A stretch of DNA of 63,405 nucleotides, the filler included, from Sphacelaria rigidula (Eukaryota), in NCBI GenBank assembly GCA_964200075.2. It is 4 parts of 4 records of this genome, joined end to end, with 100 filler letters (N's around TTAATTAATTAA, not from the genome) between each part and the next. Parts side by side here need not be neighbours in the genome. Positions count along the whole stretch, not along the records: positions 1 to 15,778 come from CAXNAA020001598.1; 3 more parts are not named here. One strand, given 5' to 3'. The translations under genes and the position numbers were made by a program. Under the pieces are notes generated by a model, which saw only the letters and a list, made by a program, of their open reading frames with translations, searched no databases and was not told where the DNA came from. Every line of letters begins with the position of its first letter. Positions within the stretch are counted from its first letter, which is position 1. Positions 1 through 13,700 of the stretch are shown one piece after another.

Positions 1-532
1 AGGCTTTATTTCAGCGTTGCAACCCAGGTAAACGCAGCCCCGACTCGTGAAATGGCACAAACGTTGCGTGGATACCCCTTGGACCAGAGATCAACTTTTT
101 TCTCCGTTTTGGGCAATCAGGCCAAAGAAATCGTGAATTTGGTGATTTTGCGTTGTGATTATTTGTCCTAACCGTGCAACACTGGACGCCGAGCACGCGG
201 AATAACGCAAATGGTAGCGCTCTGACTTCTCAGACTCCGCTGCCACGTAGTTTGTGCTTTCGGACAATGAGCCTGAGAATGGATCCTCTTCAACCACTAT
301 ACTTGTTCTAGGTAGCTCATGAGCTGTCCGACAGGTGGAACATCTGCTTTGGCAAGGGAAGTACTGTTCATGGATGTTCGGTGGAGGTGCTGTTTTTCGA
401 TCAAATTCGACCTACTCCGCCAGTCCGCCGGGAGTTGTCGGAGTAAAATAAGATCAACCGTCGATATTGTCCCGAAGAACGAATCTGGCGCTCGAAAAAT
501 GAAGACGATGAGGAGGCTCCTACTGGGCTTGC

Positions 533-2900
533 CTGGTGCGGGCAGCGCCTGTTCGGGTGCAGGGCTTGATATGTCTCTCTCGAAATATTCTCCGTAGACT
601 CATCCAACGCTCTTGCGGACAGGTCCAGGACGCCGTGCAGGTACGCCTGTACGACACCGTGTCGAGGAATGCAAAGGCAAGGCGGGAAGATGTCGGCAGT
701 AGAGTTTACCGCTTGGTCGGATGGAACTTTCCCGGAATTTTTTCACTTGATTCGAGTGTGAACACCGATAATCGGGTCTTTAGTGGGACTGACAGTCCCA
801 AGGGCTCCTGACGTGCGCAGAGCGCAATTTTGTCTAAATCGGCGCCTGCGGCATCGATTCAAGGTCTACCAATGCCACACGTTGCATCCCCCTCCCCCGA
901 AGGTTTCCGGTATACCTTGGGTTGGGGTTGGGGTTAGGGTTAGGGTTCGCGTATGTTCAAGAGAACATATTTCCGAGAAATTCCGTTTCCGACGAAGTGG
1001 TGCAATGACCTCAATACCGGAGTCCTATGGATTCGACGTATTCGTTTCAAAACAAGGTGGCTCATCATCAGCGCATGCGTTGAACCCAATGGACGTGACC
1101 CTATGCTAATATATGTGGTGCATACGCCGAACAGTAATCATTAGCGCTTCGCTCACAGCTCTGCTTCCCCGTCAGCTCAACTACTATTGAGTCCTCTCCC
1201 GAGTTCTGCCCAACTTTCGTCTGTGCCCCCTACTCCGCTGCCCCGTCGTTTTCACGCCTCTCTTTGTTGCTGTCGAGCACCTAAACGACAGGACCATTTT
1301 TCACATCTGAGCCTACCGCGCCCCAGTTGCGTGTTCGAGATATTCAAAGTAAAGACATTGTGAGGCTACATTCTCATGCCCTGAAATCTTTCATCTTACC
1401 AAGCACATGTCGAAAGTAACGCATGGTGTGCATATATCCGCTGTGCTCGTGATGTCCTCGTCCTCGAGGTAAGTATGCGTTGACTGTGGGGTCCGAGTTG
1501 CGTCTGTGTGTATTGTGTACTGCCATCCCATCTATTCTGGACGCCAGTTCACGCCATTTGGTATATATGTGTGGGCGCATCAGCTGGGATCACACAAAAG
1601 GAAGGCCAACGCAGGATTGTTTTTTTTTTGGTTTGGTATTCCACCTTATTCCGAGTTGCGTTCGGGAGACAGTTGTGCTGGCTCTCACTTCGCCGATATG
1701 GTGCTGAAAAGACATCCTCATGCTATGCGTGAACATGGAATCCTCTAATCACCGGGGGCTTGCCTTCCTGCATGTCATCCCCTACCGCGGAGTGGCTTGA
1801 AACAAATAATCAAACTCCGTGTTTTTTTTGTCTTCTTCCATGAAATGATTTTTTCTGTGCGGTTTTTATCCCTAACGTTTTCCTGCTCGCAACGCATACC
1901 TATACCTGAAGATTAGGTGCTAGATCGCCCAATATTCCGGGTAGATCGGGCACGAGAAAGTACAGTCGCTCCACCATGAGCTCCAGCACCACATCGATCC
2001 ATGCGAGAGCCTTGTTGTAACTGCCCGATACGAGAAACGGGGAAAATGTACACTGGTCAGTGCATTGTTTCCTTGTCCGTTGCTCTCAATGGAGTCATAC
2101 GTGTAGTGTGGAAGACGAGTATGGCGAGGGCAAAATAGTCGCCTGGAGATGGGGGGAGGGTACATATCCTTCGTTTGCAGTTCAGAAAAGAACTCATTTT
2201 CATGCCTCACCCAGCGAGCGATTTTCACCCCCTCGTGTTACGCTCTCCTTCGCACATGCATTTTTGTTGTCTTCTCGGTGGCATCACGAGTGGCCGGGAC
2301 GGCGCTCGCGGCGTTAAACCGCAAATGAGGTTACCGTGATAGCTGTGTACTCTTACACGATATAAAAAAAAGGCATTCGGTGACCGTGTGGAATTTTGTA
2401 TTTCGGGTTCCGAAGATTATTTTGTGGACGAGGCCGTACACATTCACGGTCCGGTGGGCAGTGTTCTGTTTCCTACGTACGCCATGAATCGAGTACATGT
2501 TGTGAATCACGCGCAGAGAGACAAGTCTGTGTGCGTTACCTTTTTCTCCGTTGCATCCCGTGTGCAGTAAGCAGCACAGTTTGTTCCGTTACGCGCGTGC
2601 CTTATACTCCGGGGGATAGCAACATCCACCCAACGTCTGCCGATCACCATGTCTTACTCAACAAAACAATCCGTAAGAATAGTGGTCGATGGGACGGAAT
2701 TGACAACAGAACCCATCCATCGTCTTGACAGAAGCTTGAGGTTGGTAACGGCTGGCACGAACAAAAGTCGGTACGATGGGAAGGGAGGCGTCACTTTCAA
2801 GAGGGCATGGACTACTCGGGCACCCATGGGTTTCTTGTCACTTTCGGGCAAAACATCCCCCCCAGCAGATACAGCATCAACCCGTTGGGACGTTCCAAAA
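533..2900 (-). CDS. Three phase-consistent coding-like exons (2900-2658, 2020-1906, 646-533) of an unknown protein
   Basis: Joined peptide ...TDCFV-D-YNKALAWIDVVLELMVERLYFLVPDLPGILGDLAPNLQ-AYLHGVLDLSARALDE... CAG acceptors; donors gtaaga, gtatag and a GC donor gcaagc. Confidence 0.55.
1505..1660 (-). mobile_element. 5'-truncated copy of the SINE family
   Basis: Shares gccatcccatctattctgg...gtgggcgcatcagc...aaggccaacgcaggatt with 21117-21260. Confidence 0.8.
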
Positions 2901-3016
2901 CTGAAAAAAAAGTAGTATGGGGTCAACGACTAATTTGGCACGAGTTTCTCAAGCAGATTTTGTTGTTGGGTTGGCGAAACTGTGCCTCGATTTCTCGGCC
3001 AGTACGCTCTCGACAT

Positions 3017-3246
3017 GTGTGTGTGTTGTGTTGTCATCCCATCCATTCTGGGTGCCAGTCTGCACCTTTCGGTATATGTGGGCGCACCAGCCGGGGTCAC
3101 ACAGGAGGAAGGTCAACACGGGAGTTTTTTCTTTTTCGTTTGTTTTTCGTGCCCCACCTTCCTTCTGCGGTGCTTGCCTTTATTTTATATCGCGAGAGGG
3201 GTTTAGCAGTCCCTTTCCCTCGTCGATCGTCAGGTCGAATTCTGCG
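3017..3246 (-). mobile_element. 5'-truncated copy of the SINE family
   Basis: Colinear with 21117-21350. Confidence 0.85.
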
Positions 3247-5917
3247 ACAGCGACCTGCTATTCACTGTACACCGCAGTCAATGCACTTCCCACGTTCACG
3301 AACCAGTGGGTGAGCTAGCTGCCGCACCGTTCACGTAACGTCCACACAAGGCGGGTATCGACGCACGCACACTCAAAGTTGCAACCTTCATCGACCCCGG
3401 ATCGTCACCTTGACTAATGCCGAGAAAGCCCCCCCACAAACACTGCACCGGACACCATCCAACAAATCGGGTGCGATCCCACTATTGGGCTCGCTTGCAG
3501 CGACTTCGCCCCCATGAGAGGCGTGTAGCAGTCCAATATCAGCTGAAACGCCTGAATGAGTCGCGTCGTGCAGCACGGAACCAGGTCTAACGGCATTTAT
3601 GATCATCGCCTCCGTGCACTTTTTTGGCCGGTTCCGGAAGGGGCTATCTCGGCAGCAGACCCTTATCGAGCCTAATCTGATGATGATCACCAATCGCACT
3701 GGTGGACATCACGCTCACGATAGATACCACCTGCGTAGTGGTGTCGAAGTTGCCTCTCGTCGAATCACGTCGAGTACTGTTGTTGCTCATGTGACAGGAG
3801 GAGGGAGAACGCAGCAGTGGAGAGTCCCCATACATGATTCCGATCGGCTACTCAAATTTCGCTTTGTGGGAAGAGATCATAACTCGCGTCATCCTCAAGT
3901 GGCGTACACCGCATTTCACCTGTCTTTGACGATAACGATTTCCACGTCTGTTAAGGGTGCCATGCAATCAATCTTCGCACCGAGCGCCTTCCCCATGGCG
4001 GACGACTCCGCTCGACTCACGACTCGAACCTACATCATGATCGAAGAAAACGAAAACACAAACAACGTAAGAAAAATGCGAAGAGAAACCGATGTTTTAT
4101 CAAAATAATGAGGGAAGAAAAGAAACGGCTCAAAGACGTACGCAGAGTGGATCATACCTTGACCACTAGGGACGTGAAACACCTGTGGTTTGGCCCAACA
4201 TTGACCACTTGGAACGCGGGAGTAGTGCCCTCTGCCGTAGTCTTTTTCAACAACAGTTTGCATGGGTCACAGGAAGCACGGTACGCTGTGGCTGGAGGCG
4301 ATACCTCACAGACGCAAAAAAGGAGTTGCTACGACATTGCGTCGGGGTTACTTTCTTTGACGGTCGCCGAGGGGTATTCAACAAGATCAACACTGGGAGA
4401 GTTTCGACGGTGCGTTTGTTTGGTCGTCTCCCCCATTGTCAGCGTGCATATCTCCTGAAGCTAACATCTTCGACAACCCCTTCCTTCGCCACACGACAAA
4501 CGCGAAAAGTCAAACGCCGAGGAAAGTACTGCGCGTTTTCAAAAGTGCCATAATCCAAGCTCGTCCGATATGCCCGCTGACAAAGAATAAATACGTGACA
4601 CGAAAAAAATAACTCCGTTTCCGAATCTCTGTACCAACTTAGTGTGTAACATCGTTTGATTCCCGTCTGAATCAACAGATACAGAGGTACCACATAGCCC
4701 GTGGGTATTGTCTACCGGCGTCACTTCGTTTCGTTGTCTTTTTTCTTTTGCTCGCCAATGTCATGAGTCCTCCGTTTAGGCTGACTTGTACATATTACTT
4801 TAGAAATCGGGACAACAAGGTCGGGATGTCACCCAAGAAAGAAGGCCGTTTGTTGAAAGGGAGGGAGAAACGATCGGGCATGTTTTTCCTATTAAGGGGA
4901 CTTGAACACATCATATGATGTACAGGTAACACGAACTGCAGTTGGGTGGGAGAAAAGCTGGTGGATCAGCACACACACGGATGGTCAAGTGCACCGAACA
5001 ACTTGGCTTCCGAGATTCGCATCCTGTGCAGTTTCATGCAACTCACAAAAAGTTCCCTCCCAGTTGTACAACGACATGCACGATGCTGTCAGGTAGATCA
5101 CGATGTATACGACCTCCGGATGGTACGGATACTGCATGTGTTCGGGACCCTGGATCTTATTCCCCAGAGGGTGGTTTGCAGGGGGTGTTGTAAGGTGGAG
5201 TTGAGGTATACAGTGGGTATCCGGGTGCTAAAAATAGCCGAAATATGATGAGCTGGGGGGGGGACGTACTCATTTGTTGCTTGCCTTAGTCGTACTGCTC
5301 TCAACCTACTCGAAAATAAAAAAAAACAATTATGCGCAGGTGTGACGCAACGCTTAACAACAAGGCATAATCAGACTACAGGATGCTTAGCACAAGCAAC
5401 GCAACAAAACGGCATACCCGTGCGGTCGGGAGAGAGCCGACATTGCGGAGCGTATGGCTTCCAGGGTGGGACGTGGGTACTTAACGATACAGAATTTTGC
5501 CATCCATTGGCAGTGCGGTGGGCCATCAATGAAATTGAGCGATTAAGATCGCTCACCACACATTTGACCCGCTCTGCTATCACCACGTGACTGTATCAAC
5601 GGAAAAGTGCGGGATTCGACTATGGTGGAAATCACGCCAGGTCGGCAACTCACCACACTACGACGGAACCTTAACTGTAAGGTTACGTGCATCAGGGGAA
5701 GTGATGGGACACGGCTCTGTAGGTGATAAGAAAACTCGGTCTTGTGAACAAGCCAGCATCTGAATAGTGGGATTATCATCCTCCAACTTTATGAGACGAC
5801 AACTGAATCGTGGTTTCGTCATACTCCAATTTCGGAACACGGCAACTGAGCGCTGGCAAGGGGAGTCGCCCTCCTCGGAGTGAAAGTGACGGGGATCGAA
5901 CCCCCGCGACTACCTTT

Positions 5918-6005
5918 TGTGACGATTTGTAGGCACCCGATGAGACTACGGTACAGTCAGCGCTGACTGTACCGTAGTCTAATCGGTCACCTACAGATCG
6001 TCACA
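5918..6005. repeat. 88-bp hairpin with a perfect 38-bp palindromic core
   Basis: agactacggtacagtcagc|gctgactgtaccgtagtct at 5943-5980; outer arms tgtgacgat / atcgtcaca. Confidence 0.9.
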
Positions 6006-7409
6006 GGTGGCACTCCCACGCTACGATTTCGTCCCAATCCTCTCGCGGTTTTTTAACGCACACACAGGCACACACACACAGGCACACACGTACACCTTGT
6101 CGCGAGTAGCGCGGTGTCTTGTCACGACCTTCCCAGTGACGACCCCTTTTCCCTCACGAGCGTCCGCCTCCAACCGGGTTTCCAATATCAATGACATTTC
6201 CGGCGCTCGAGTCCATCCGATAGCCACACGCCCGGGGGCCATGTCGACGCCCGACGTCTTTTTTTCCCGTCTCGAGTTGAATCGGTTCGAGGGGGGGGGG
6301 GCGTAAGCGGGAAACATCGTCAGAGGAAGAAGGCGACGTATACGTCCAATCGATTTCGAAAGGGTTCTCCTACCAGCACACAGAGGTAGGAAAAGCAGAA
6401 GTAGGAAGGGCAGCGACGCAGCATGCATGCAGCTGAGTCAGTGGGTTCGGATCAGATGCTGTGAGACAGATAGATACTTCCGGTGAAACTAGAGAATGGG
6501 GGAATGGTGCGCCGTCAACCTCCATCGGCATGAATATATATTTTCTCCACCGAAACGCTCTTGTTCTGATTTCCAGGTGTCAGTGCATGCGTGCACATGT
6601 AGTAGCGGCAGGCTGCGCGCTCGTTGCTATTGCAACTCAACCCGCCGTGACGATTTCAATGTCAACACGTCAACACGCAAGAGGTGCGCGCGACATTTCG
6701 ACAGACAGACGTGTTTTGTGTTAAGAAACGTTTGGAAAGACGCGCAAGAAGTATGGTGCAGGGCAAATGGGTCAACCAGCTTCGATACTTTTGTTCTTCG
6801 ACTGAGCGATTTTTTCGACACTTTCGTGCTTGCAGCAGTGCTGTCGTACCTTGAAGAACTCCAGCGGTTGGATAGTTCTGGAGGCGACGGAGACGAATTT
6901 TTCATCGGTACCTCCGGCAGGGTCCCGGGTAAAAACCTGCACAAATGTGGCGGGAGAAGTGCGCGATTCGGTCGATATGTACTTCGTATACACATTGTGA
7001 GTTACACTTGCAGAATATCACAGTCTGCAGCATCGACGTTTCGCCGCTAGCACACACTTCACATCTCTCTGGAAGATCCTTGGCGAACACACGTGGGCTC
7101 CCTAGAAAAGACCACGTAGTACGCGGTGAGCTTGCTCGTGTTGAGTAAATCTGCGAAGGAAATACATAACAAATAGACGCCCTCTATGACATATTTATCG
7201 AGAACAACACGCTAGCGCCGGGATTGAATGTCTGATTCGTTGATTGGTTGGTTGGTTATCGCACATCAAGTGATCCTTGAGAAATCAAGACACGGTCATG
7301 ATCCACAGGGTAAACGAGCCCATGGTAAATCGAAGCAGAAGCACTCGACAAAGAGAGCTCTAAGAAGGGGGAATAATGAAGAAAGGACAACGGACAGACA
7401 GACTACACT

Positions 7410-7606
7410 AGAGAGTTTGGGGAAACGATTTCTCGCTTCAGAGCCAGAGTGGAAGAAGTTTAGAGTGGAGTCTACATCCGGTGTAGACCGGTGCCGGTGC
7501 CCAGGACAGATGGCATGACAACACACACTGTGAACGTTCGAACGTTTCCACTCTAAACTTCCTCCACTCTCACTCTGAAGCGAAAGACCATTTCCCGAAA
7601 CTCTCT
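7410..7606. mobile_element. Small foldback / MITE
   Basis: ~60-bp imperfect inverted arms (tcgcttcagag...gagtggaagaagtttagagtgga versus tccactctaaacttcctccactc...ctctgaagcga). No TSD seen. Confidence 0.65.
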
Positions 7607-9473
7607 TTTGAGTAAAAAGCGAGGAGCGAAACAGGAAACGAGAAGGAAAGGAAGAGAAATGGAAGGAGACAAACAGAAAAAGGATGCAAGGATGAATTCA
7701 TAGTACTACCGGTCCCAATGACAAACAAAAAATGGTCAACCCATGGCCAACCTTCGCTGCAAATTTTCAGGCGAAGGGGTCGCCGCAAAAAGACGAAAAC
7801 AAAAAGTCAAGACAGGCGAAATTTTCAAACCGAAAGCAGCTGTAAGCAGAACGTGGCTCGGCTGTTTGGGAACCTCTGTACACTATTTGGAGACGGAACT
7901 CTCGCCCGCGTGCTCGGCAGAAAAAGGACACAAACACTGCCATAGCATTAAGGGATGCGAGAACAGGAACAAAACAAAAGGGCGCAAGCGCTGAGTAAGG
8001 GAGAAGGGAGAAGAGGAGGGATAAAGGGGAGAAGCACCGTGGAATCGAAGCGTTGATCATGTCCACAAAGAGCATGGCGTATCACGGTTTCATGGTCGTC
8101 AGCGCGGGTCGGAAGGTTATTCCATGCAAGCTCATGCCCACTTATAGGGCATGCGGTATCGTGTCCAGACACCCACAGTAGTGGAATCCGCAGTTATGTA
8201 CAGATAACCGAACTCCAGTAGAACATATCGTGCATTGATCGAGAGCGTTTGGTTCAGCATCGGACCAGCATCAAGCATGCGTACAAGTAGGGTGTTCTAG
8301 TCTTACCCCCCCCTGATTAGTTGATTGGCTGATTGATTGTCGTACTTCAACTGACCCCCAGGGGTCCAGCCATGATTGACGTAACCAAGACACAACAAAC
8401 CTGAAACACTTCCTGAAGAAGAGAAGAACCAGGAAAAAGTTGAACAGAGCGACACTTTTTACGAAGACATAATAAACAAAAAACCCGTAAGTGCGAAGTT
8501 TTGACACCATAGTTGTAGCGTCAGTTTTCATCAATAGCCTTCCGTGGTCGCAGGCTAACTGCCCAAAATAAGGTATAATTGAATAAAAAGAAATAAATCC
8601 GGACCCGGAAAGAGTGTGAGGCAGGGTAAATATCTTGGGTAGTGTTTGAATCTATTGGATCGGCTGTGGTTTGTCAGCTGTTAGTCGTTATGAGAGCAAA
8701 TCTCACGCACCTCGGGTGCATGTTCGCTACCGGCGCTGAAGACAACGGCAACATCGCAGATGAAAAAAACTGGATTTCAAGTTTGATTCGTCTGTTGTTG
8801 TTGTTGAGACGTCACCTGAACACATACGACATTCAGTCGACTGCAAAAACACGCCTGGAGTCGATCGAATCTTCGGTGAACAAAGGGTGTAACTCGCTAG
8901 AGTTCCAGCGAGATTGTCGTCAAACGAACAATATACAAATTCATAATACTTCGTCTGTCCCATAAGTAAAGGTACCTAACGACGATACATTGTTTACGTA
9001 TGCCAGTGGTGGCGACGATGTTGTGGTTGGGTTCGTTAAAAAGGCAAAGCGCAGACGAAGCTAGTCGAAAAAAAAAACGAAGCCATATTTCTATGCTAAA
9101 AATGGGTCACATTATACCCGATTTTGGCTCTTTTTGATCCATCTCCCGCCCATCATTGACCGATTTTGGACGTTTTCACGTCTCGAGCACTAGCAACTAC
9201 ATACCAACAAAATGTTGGATGGGGCGTACGTAGGTTAATATCACGGACATGTCCAAAATCAAGGGTGGTTTCGCGATTTTCACATTTTCTGGCCCATTTT
9301 TCGCGATTTTTTGTGCTCCCGGGTCTCTCATGCTCTCCTGGGGAAACGAGCGAAAAATGTCCGTTTTTGGACAGACCAACTTTTCCTGCAGCCGTTCGGC
9401 GGCATGGTTCAAGCACGAGCTGCAAATTAAAAACACATTTTCTTAACCCCAAAAACACTGTAGAGTTCATTAA

Positions 9474-9591
9474 CCCTTTCGGAACCCACTGACGATTCTT
9501 GTTTTCGTGAAACGGCATCATTTTGACTTGAAAATGACTGAAAACGATGCCGATTAACAGAAACAAAGATTGTCAATGGGTTCCGAAAGGG
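9474..9591. mobile_element. piggyBac-like MITE (118 bp)
   Basis: TIR CCCTTTCGGAACCCA / TGGGTTCCGAAAGGG, flanked by TTAA and TTGA. Confidence 0.75.
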
Positions 9592-10719
9592 TTGAAAAAC
9601 AAATAAACGATGGGACATCGTTAAGGGCCCGTACAAATTTAGGTGCCTTTACTTGTGGGACAGAGGAAGTATATGGTTATTGTGCTAGTCCTCGAGCGTG
9701 GGCATTGACATCCGGATCCTTCACGGGGTGGCCGTTTCGAGCACTGGCCGGCAGTTGCACTACGAGGTTGACACAATCGCACATTAGTTCCCGAGGCACA
9801 GCATTCCAGACTAAACAAGCCACAGCTCTGGCTCTAGCTGGTTGTGCATTAACCGAAGATGGTGTCCTTGGTTCAGGTTAGATCGGTTCCAAGTCGAATG
9901 AAATGCAGCGATTCACGTGCGATGTACCCCAAGTAACACATCCTCACATCGTCAAAAACTGCATGCTTTACAGATTTCACGTACAACTTTGACACGCACA
10001 CGGCCGACCCTCCTTCCAATACTGAATCAGATGCCGTGAGAGACAAAAGACCACCGTGTGTAGCTAAGCGAGGGCGAACGCCAGACGCGATGCGCTTGCG
10101 CTGCACATGCCTGCGCATGTTTGTTTTAGCCCTGTCGTGTAGGTGTCGCGTGTTTTAGTCACGACCGGTCCTTCGTGCTGCCCGTCTTTAGATTTTCGGG
10201 TCTGGTTTCTACATGCCCCCAGTGTAAAGACACAGCGATATGAGAGGGAAATGGGCGTGAGTGAGTTCTTCGTGAAGAAAAAGTGACACTGCGTCTTATG
10301 GGCAGAAAGATCTGCGTGCAAAGTCTTGCGGGGGCGCGTTGTCTTCGTCCCGCTAACCTCTCGACCTTACACAGAATGAAAAGAAGTGATGATGTACGGG
10401 ACATCCCGATGTCTGAGTAGACCGTGCGTTCTTGAACCTTACACGGTAAAAATGACCTCCCTGGAGGAATGTAACCGGTACAGTGGTGGTCAATAAGATA
10501 GAAGATACGATCGTGGGATGCCTGAATGGTTTACGCAGATCACCTGGCACAAGCGCGGGGTACTTGTGTCAAGGGTGTTAAACATGGCTTCAGGCCACAA
10601 GTCCGTGTTCGGAAGCATTATTTAGTGTCGGTGAGCCAGCAAAAAAACTGAAATACACCTGACCCCCAACAAGTACTAGGATTGGAATACTGCAGAACCT
10701 TGACTACATCCTACTTCAA

Positions 10720-13700
10720 CACTTAAACCAAACAAGCTGGAAATACCCTCGAAAGAGATGGAGAGCGAGACGGTGAGCAACGGTGGATGGAGAAGGAAAG
10801 AGTGGACGGATGAAGTACTAGTAGCGCTAGTATTCGGAGGGCGTAGCGATATGATGAGAAGATCGTTTGAAAGGAAATGCGAGGAAGTAGGACTGCATTG
10901 TTTAGCATTTGGAAAAGCATAAAGGAAAGGAGAACACTTCCGAATCATGCTAGAACAGAGCGCGAGCAAGATGTGGGAGAGGGTAGAGACAAGTCAAGTG
11001 TCGGCATCGTTTCAAGGGTAGGATGACGAGTAGGCATAGCAAATGGAACAGCAAACCTGACATATTGTCCGCGGATAAACGGGGGGAAGTAGAAGCAGGA
11101 AAAAGTAGGTGACCGGAAGGAAAGGAGGGGGGAATTAGCGACCGAGAGCAAACAGACAAAGCCCGAACCGGGAACGCGAACAAAAGTAGAATAAAGGGAT
11201 ATATAAAGCAAAGACGACTGAGAAAGAACATGAGACAAAATGACAAGTGATGCTACGGTGGGGGTGTACAAATATTCTCTGAGGTTATAATTGTTAGAAG
11301 ACCTTCATCCCATACAAAACACTACTTATTAAAATACGTGAGAGTACACCAGAATTGCTACTCCAATGTGCTTGGGATATCCCAAATGATTTTGCCAACG
11401 AGGATCCCCTGACCCATATTCTTGTGCATCAAGAATCGTTAGGAGCCCCTGTAAACCAGAGAAGATTTGGCGCGAAAAGTGCACCTCTACCGTAGAATTG
11501 CCCGACAGTAGAGAATGATTTGAAAAGGAAGTTGAGAATAGGGTCGTGGAACGTGTGTCGATTCGCCACAGACGAGCGCAAAAGAATAGAGATAGCTGAC
11601 CTAGACATGGTGAGGATCCAAGAGTAAGGAGGGGGCGGAAGTGGGGTGCACAGTTAGAGAGTACGCATAGATGAGGGAACACCGAAAGAGACAGAACCCC
11701 AACAACTGGGGAACGGGAGAGCATAATTCATAGCCAAGGAAAACCTGTGTGACATCATGGAAGTGATCAAAGGCACGAAATACGACAGGAGCACATGAAT
11801 ACCAGTACCAGGAGAGCGGGAAACGAAAGACATTTTCTTAGCTAGGGAACAACTGTATGCCCTCCGAATCGAACAGTACGGTGAACGATGTACAAAGGAG
11901 GTTTGGAGAGATAGCAGATGTGCATACGTATAAAAGGCGAGGAGGCTTGATGTTAAGGAGAGGTTTGCATGCAAGGGCTGGAAAAGCAAGTGAACCGCAT
12001 GATGTCATTGGGCGTTACGGGAGAGAGAAGAAGAGCGCGAACGGGGTAGAGATGCTGAAGTTCCCGAAAAATAGTGAGATAAAGACGATGAACGATAGAG
12101 CACAAAAGCTAGAGGCGCACTATACATGGACTAGACAATGCAAAGGCGAGAGAGAACGCTCCGTTCTTGATTGGACAGTGGGAGAGCATGGGAAAAGTGA
12201 GGAGATGAAAGTATATGTATACGCAGAGGACGTGGGGACGACAGACCATCACCCAATATGGACAGAAAGTCAACACACGGGAGCTGAAAGAAATAGGCGG
12301 GGTAGAAAGTTGTATAGACCGAGAATAGATACTAGAATTGGAAGAAGAATAGCAAGAGTTCCAAGAACACATGGCGAAAAATGCGGTGGAATTTTCCGAG
12401 TTGCTGGAAAGAGTAGGTACCGTTGATACATCAAAATGGAAGGGGATTGGGCGGGAGCGAAGATTACAGAAGGATGGGAGCGGTTGTCAAGACCGCAGCA
12501 AGTAAGGGCGTTAGGAGAAAGCTGATCGTATGCAACAGAGGAGCACGGTGATTGGATGAGGAAGAAAACTAGGCTATGGGAGAAGGGAGGGCGGAAAACG
12601 CAAGATATATATATATATACATATATCGAGTGAAATTACGGTAGAATGAGAGGAGTACGCTAAACCTTGAAAGGAAGTGAAGAAGACGCTAGAGAAGGAA
12701 AAGAAGGGAATATGGGAAGATGTAGTGAAGAAAAATAAATTCAGGCTTCGATGGTGGAATGAAGCAAATGTGGGTAGGGATAGGAGGGGATAATAAAAAA
12801 AGAGGCAGGAAAGATAGACAAGTGGATCGCCAGACTAGAGGCACGGAACGGTCAAATGGTTAGTACTTCGAAGGGAAAGAGAGAAAAACTAGTCGAGCAC
12901 TATCGGGAACTAGGAACAACCAAAACTGACTTGAGGTCGAAACGGAATTCGATCAGGAGATCAACGCGTGGACAGAGGCAAATGTAGAGGCATCGAAGCT
13001 GGAGGAAAGTGGCCCCAAAGAGCTGCAGAGAGATTTCACCAGAGATGAAATATATGAGTGAGTAGCTAAACTCAACAACAGAAAGGCAGCAGGGGCAGAT
13101 GAAATAGTGAATGGATTTCCGAAGCACGGGGGAGAGGGGATAATTACCATCATGGTCATGCTGTATGATTGGAAATGAGAAAACAAGTACGCAGCCAAGA
13201 GGTGAGGATAAGGAGTATTAGTAAACCTTTTCAAGAGAGGAGACAACGCTGACCCAGAGAGTTAGAGAGGGATAGCGCTACTGAGCACCGTGGGGAAAAC
13301 GTTATGCGAAAATGTGAATGATAGGGTGGGAACGATACTAGAGAAGGCAGAAAATCAAGCAAGCCGCAAGCAGGTTTTGGACCAAACCGTAGTTACGTGG
13401 ACCATGTGTACACATCGGGTAAGATTATTCAAGGTAGGTACGATATACCGGGCTGACAACGTGTTGTTTCTTTCTGGACGCACTAAAGGCCTATGACACA
13501 CAGTATCGAGAACCGGACTGTGGAAAAACGTTGGGGGGAAACTGAGATCACAGGAAAGATGTGAAGAATGGTGAAGAAGACGACAGAGTGCGCCAAATGT
13601 GCCATGACGCTAGACGGGGAAAATATCGGAATATGTTTTTATTCACGAGAAGTGTATAGCCTCTGCCAGACGATCTGGACGAACCTCACAGCATATATTT

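Larger units (their letters stand above)
533..8721 (-). pseudogene. Multi-exon locus of unknown product, apparently disrupted (pseudogene or spliced lncRNA), possibly continuing past the window start
   Basis: Exons 8721-8711 (ATG), 6936-6850, 5759-5654 and 5227-5047 join in an open frame, as do 2900-2658, 2020-1906 and 646-533. The intervening exon-like blocks (4576-4158 and one starting at 3730) have good splice sites but in-frame stops. Confidence 0.45.

Noticed and set aside
9570..10256. Plus-strand exons as the 5' end of the exonuclease gene
   Set aside because: No family motifs, no supported start, and a better in-phase 5' model exists at 17073-18310.
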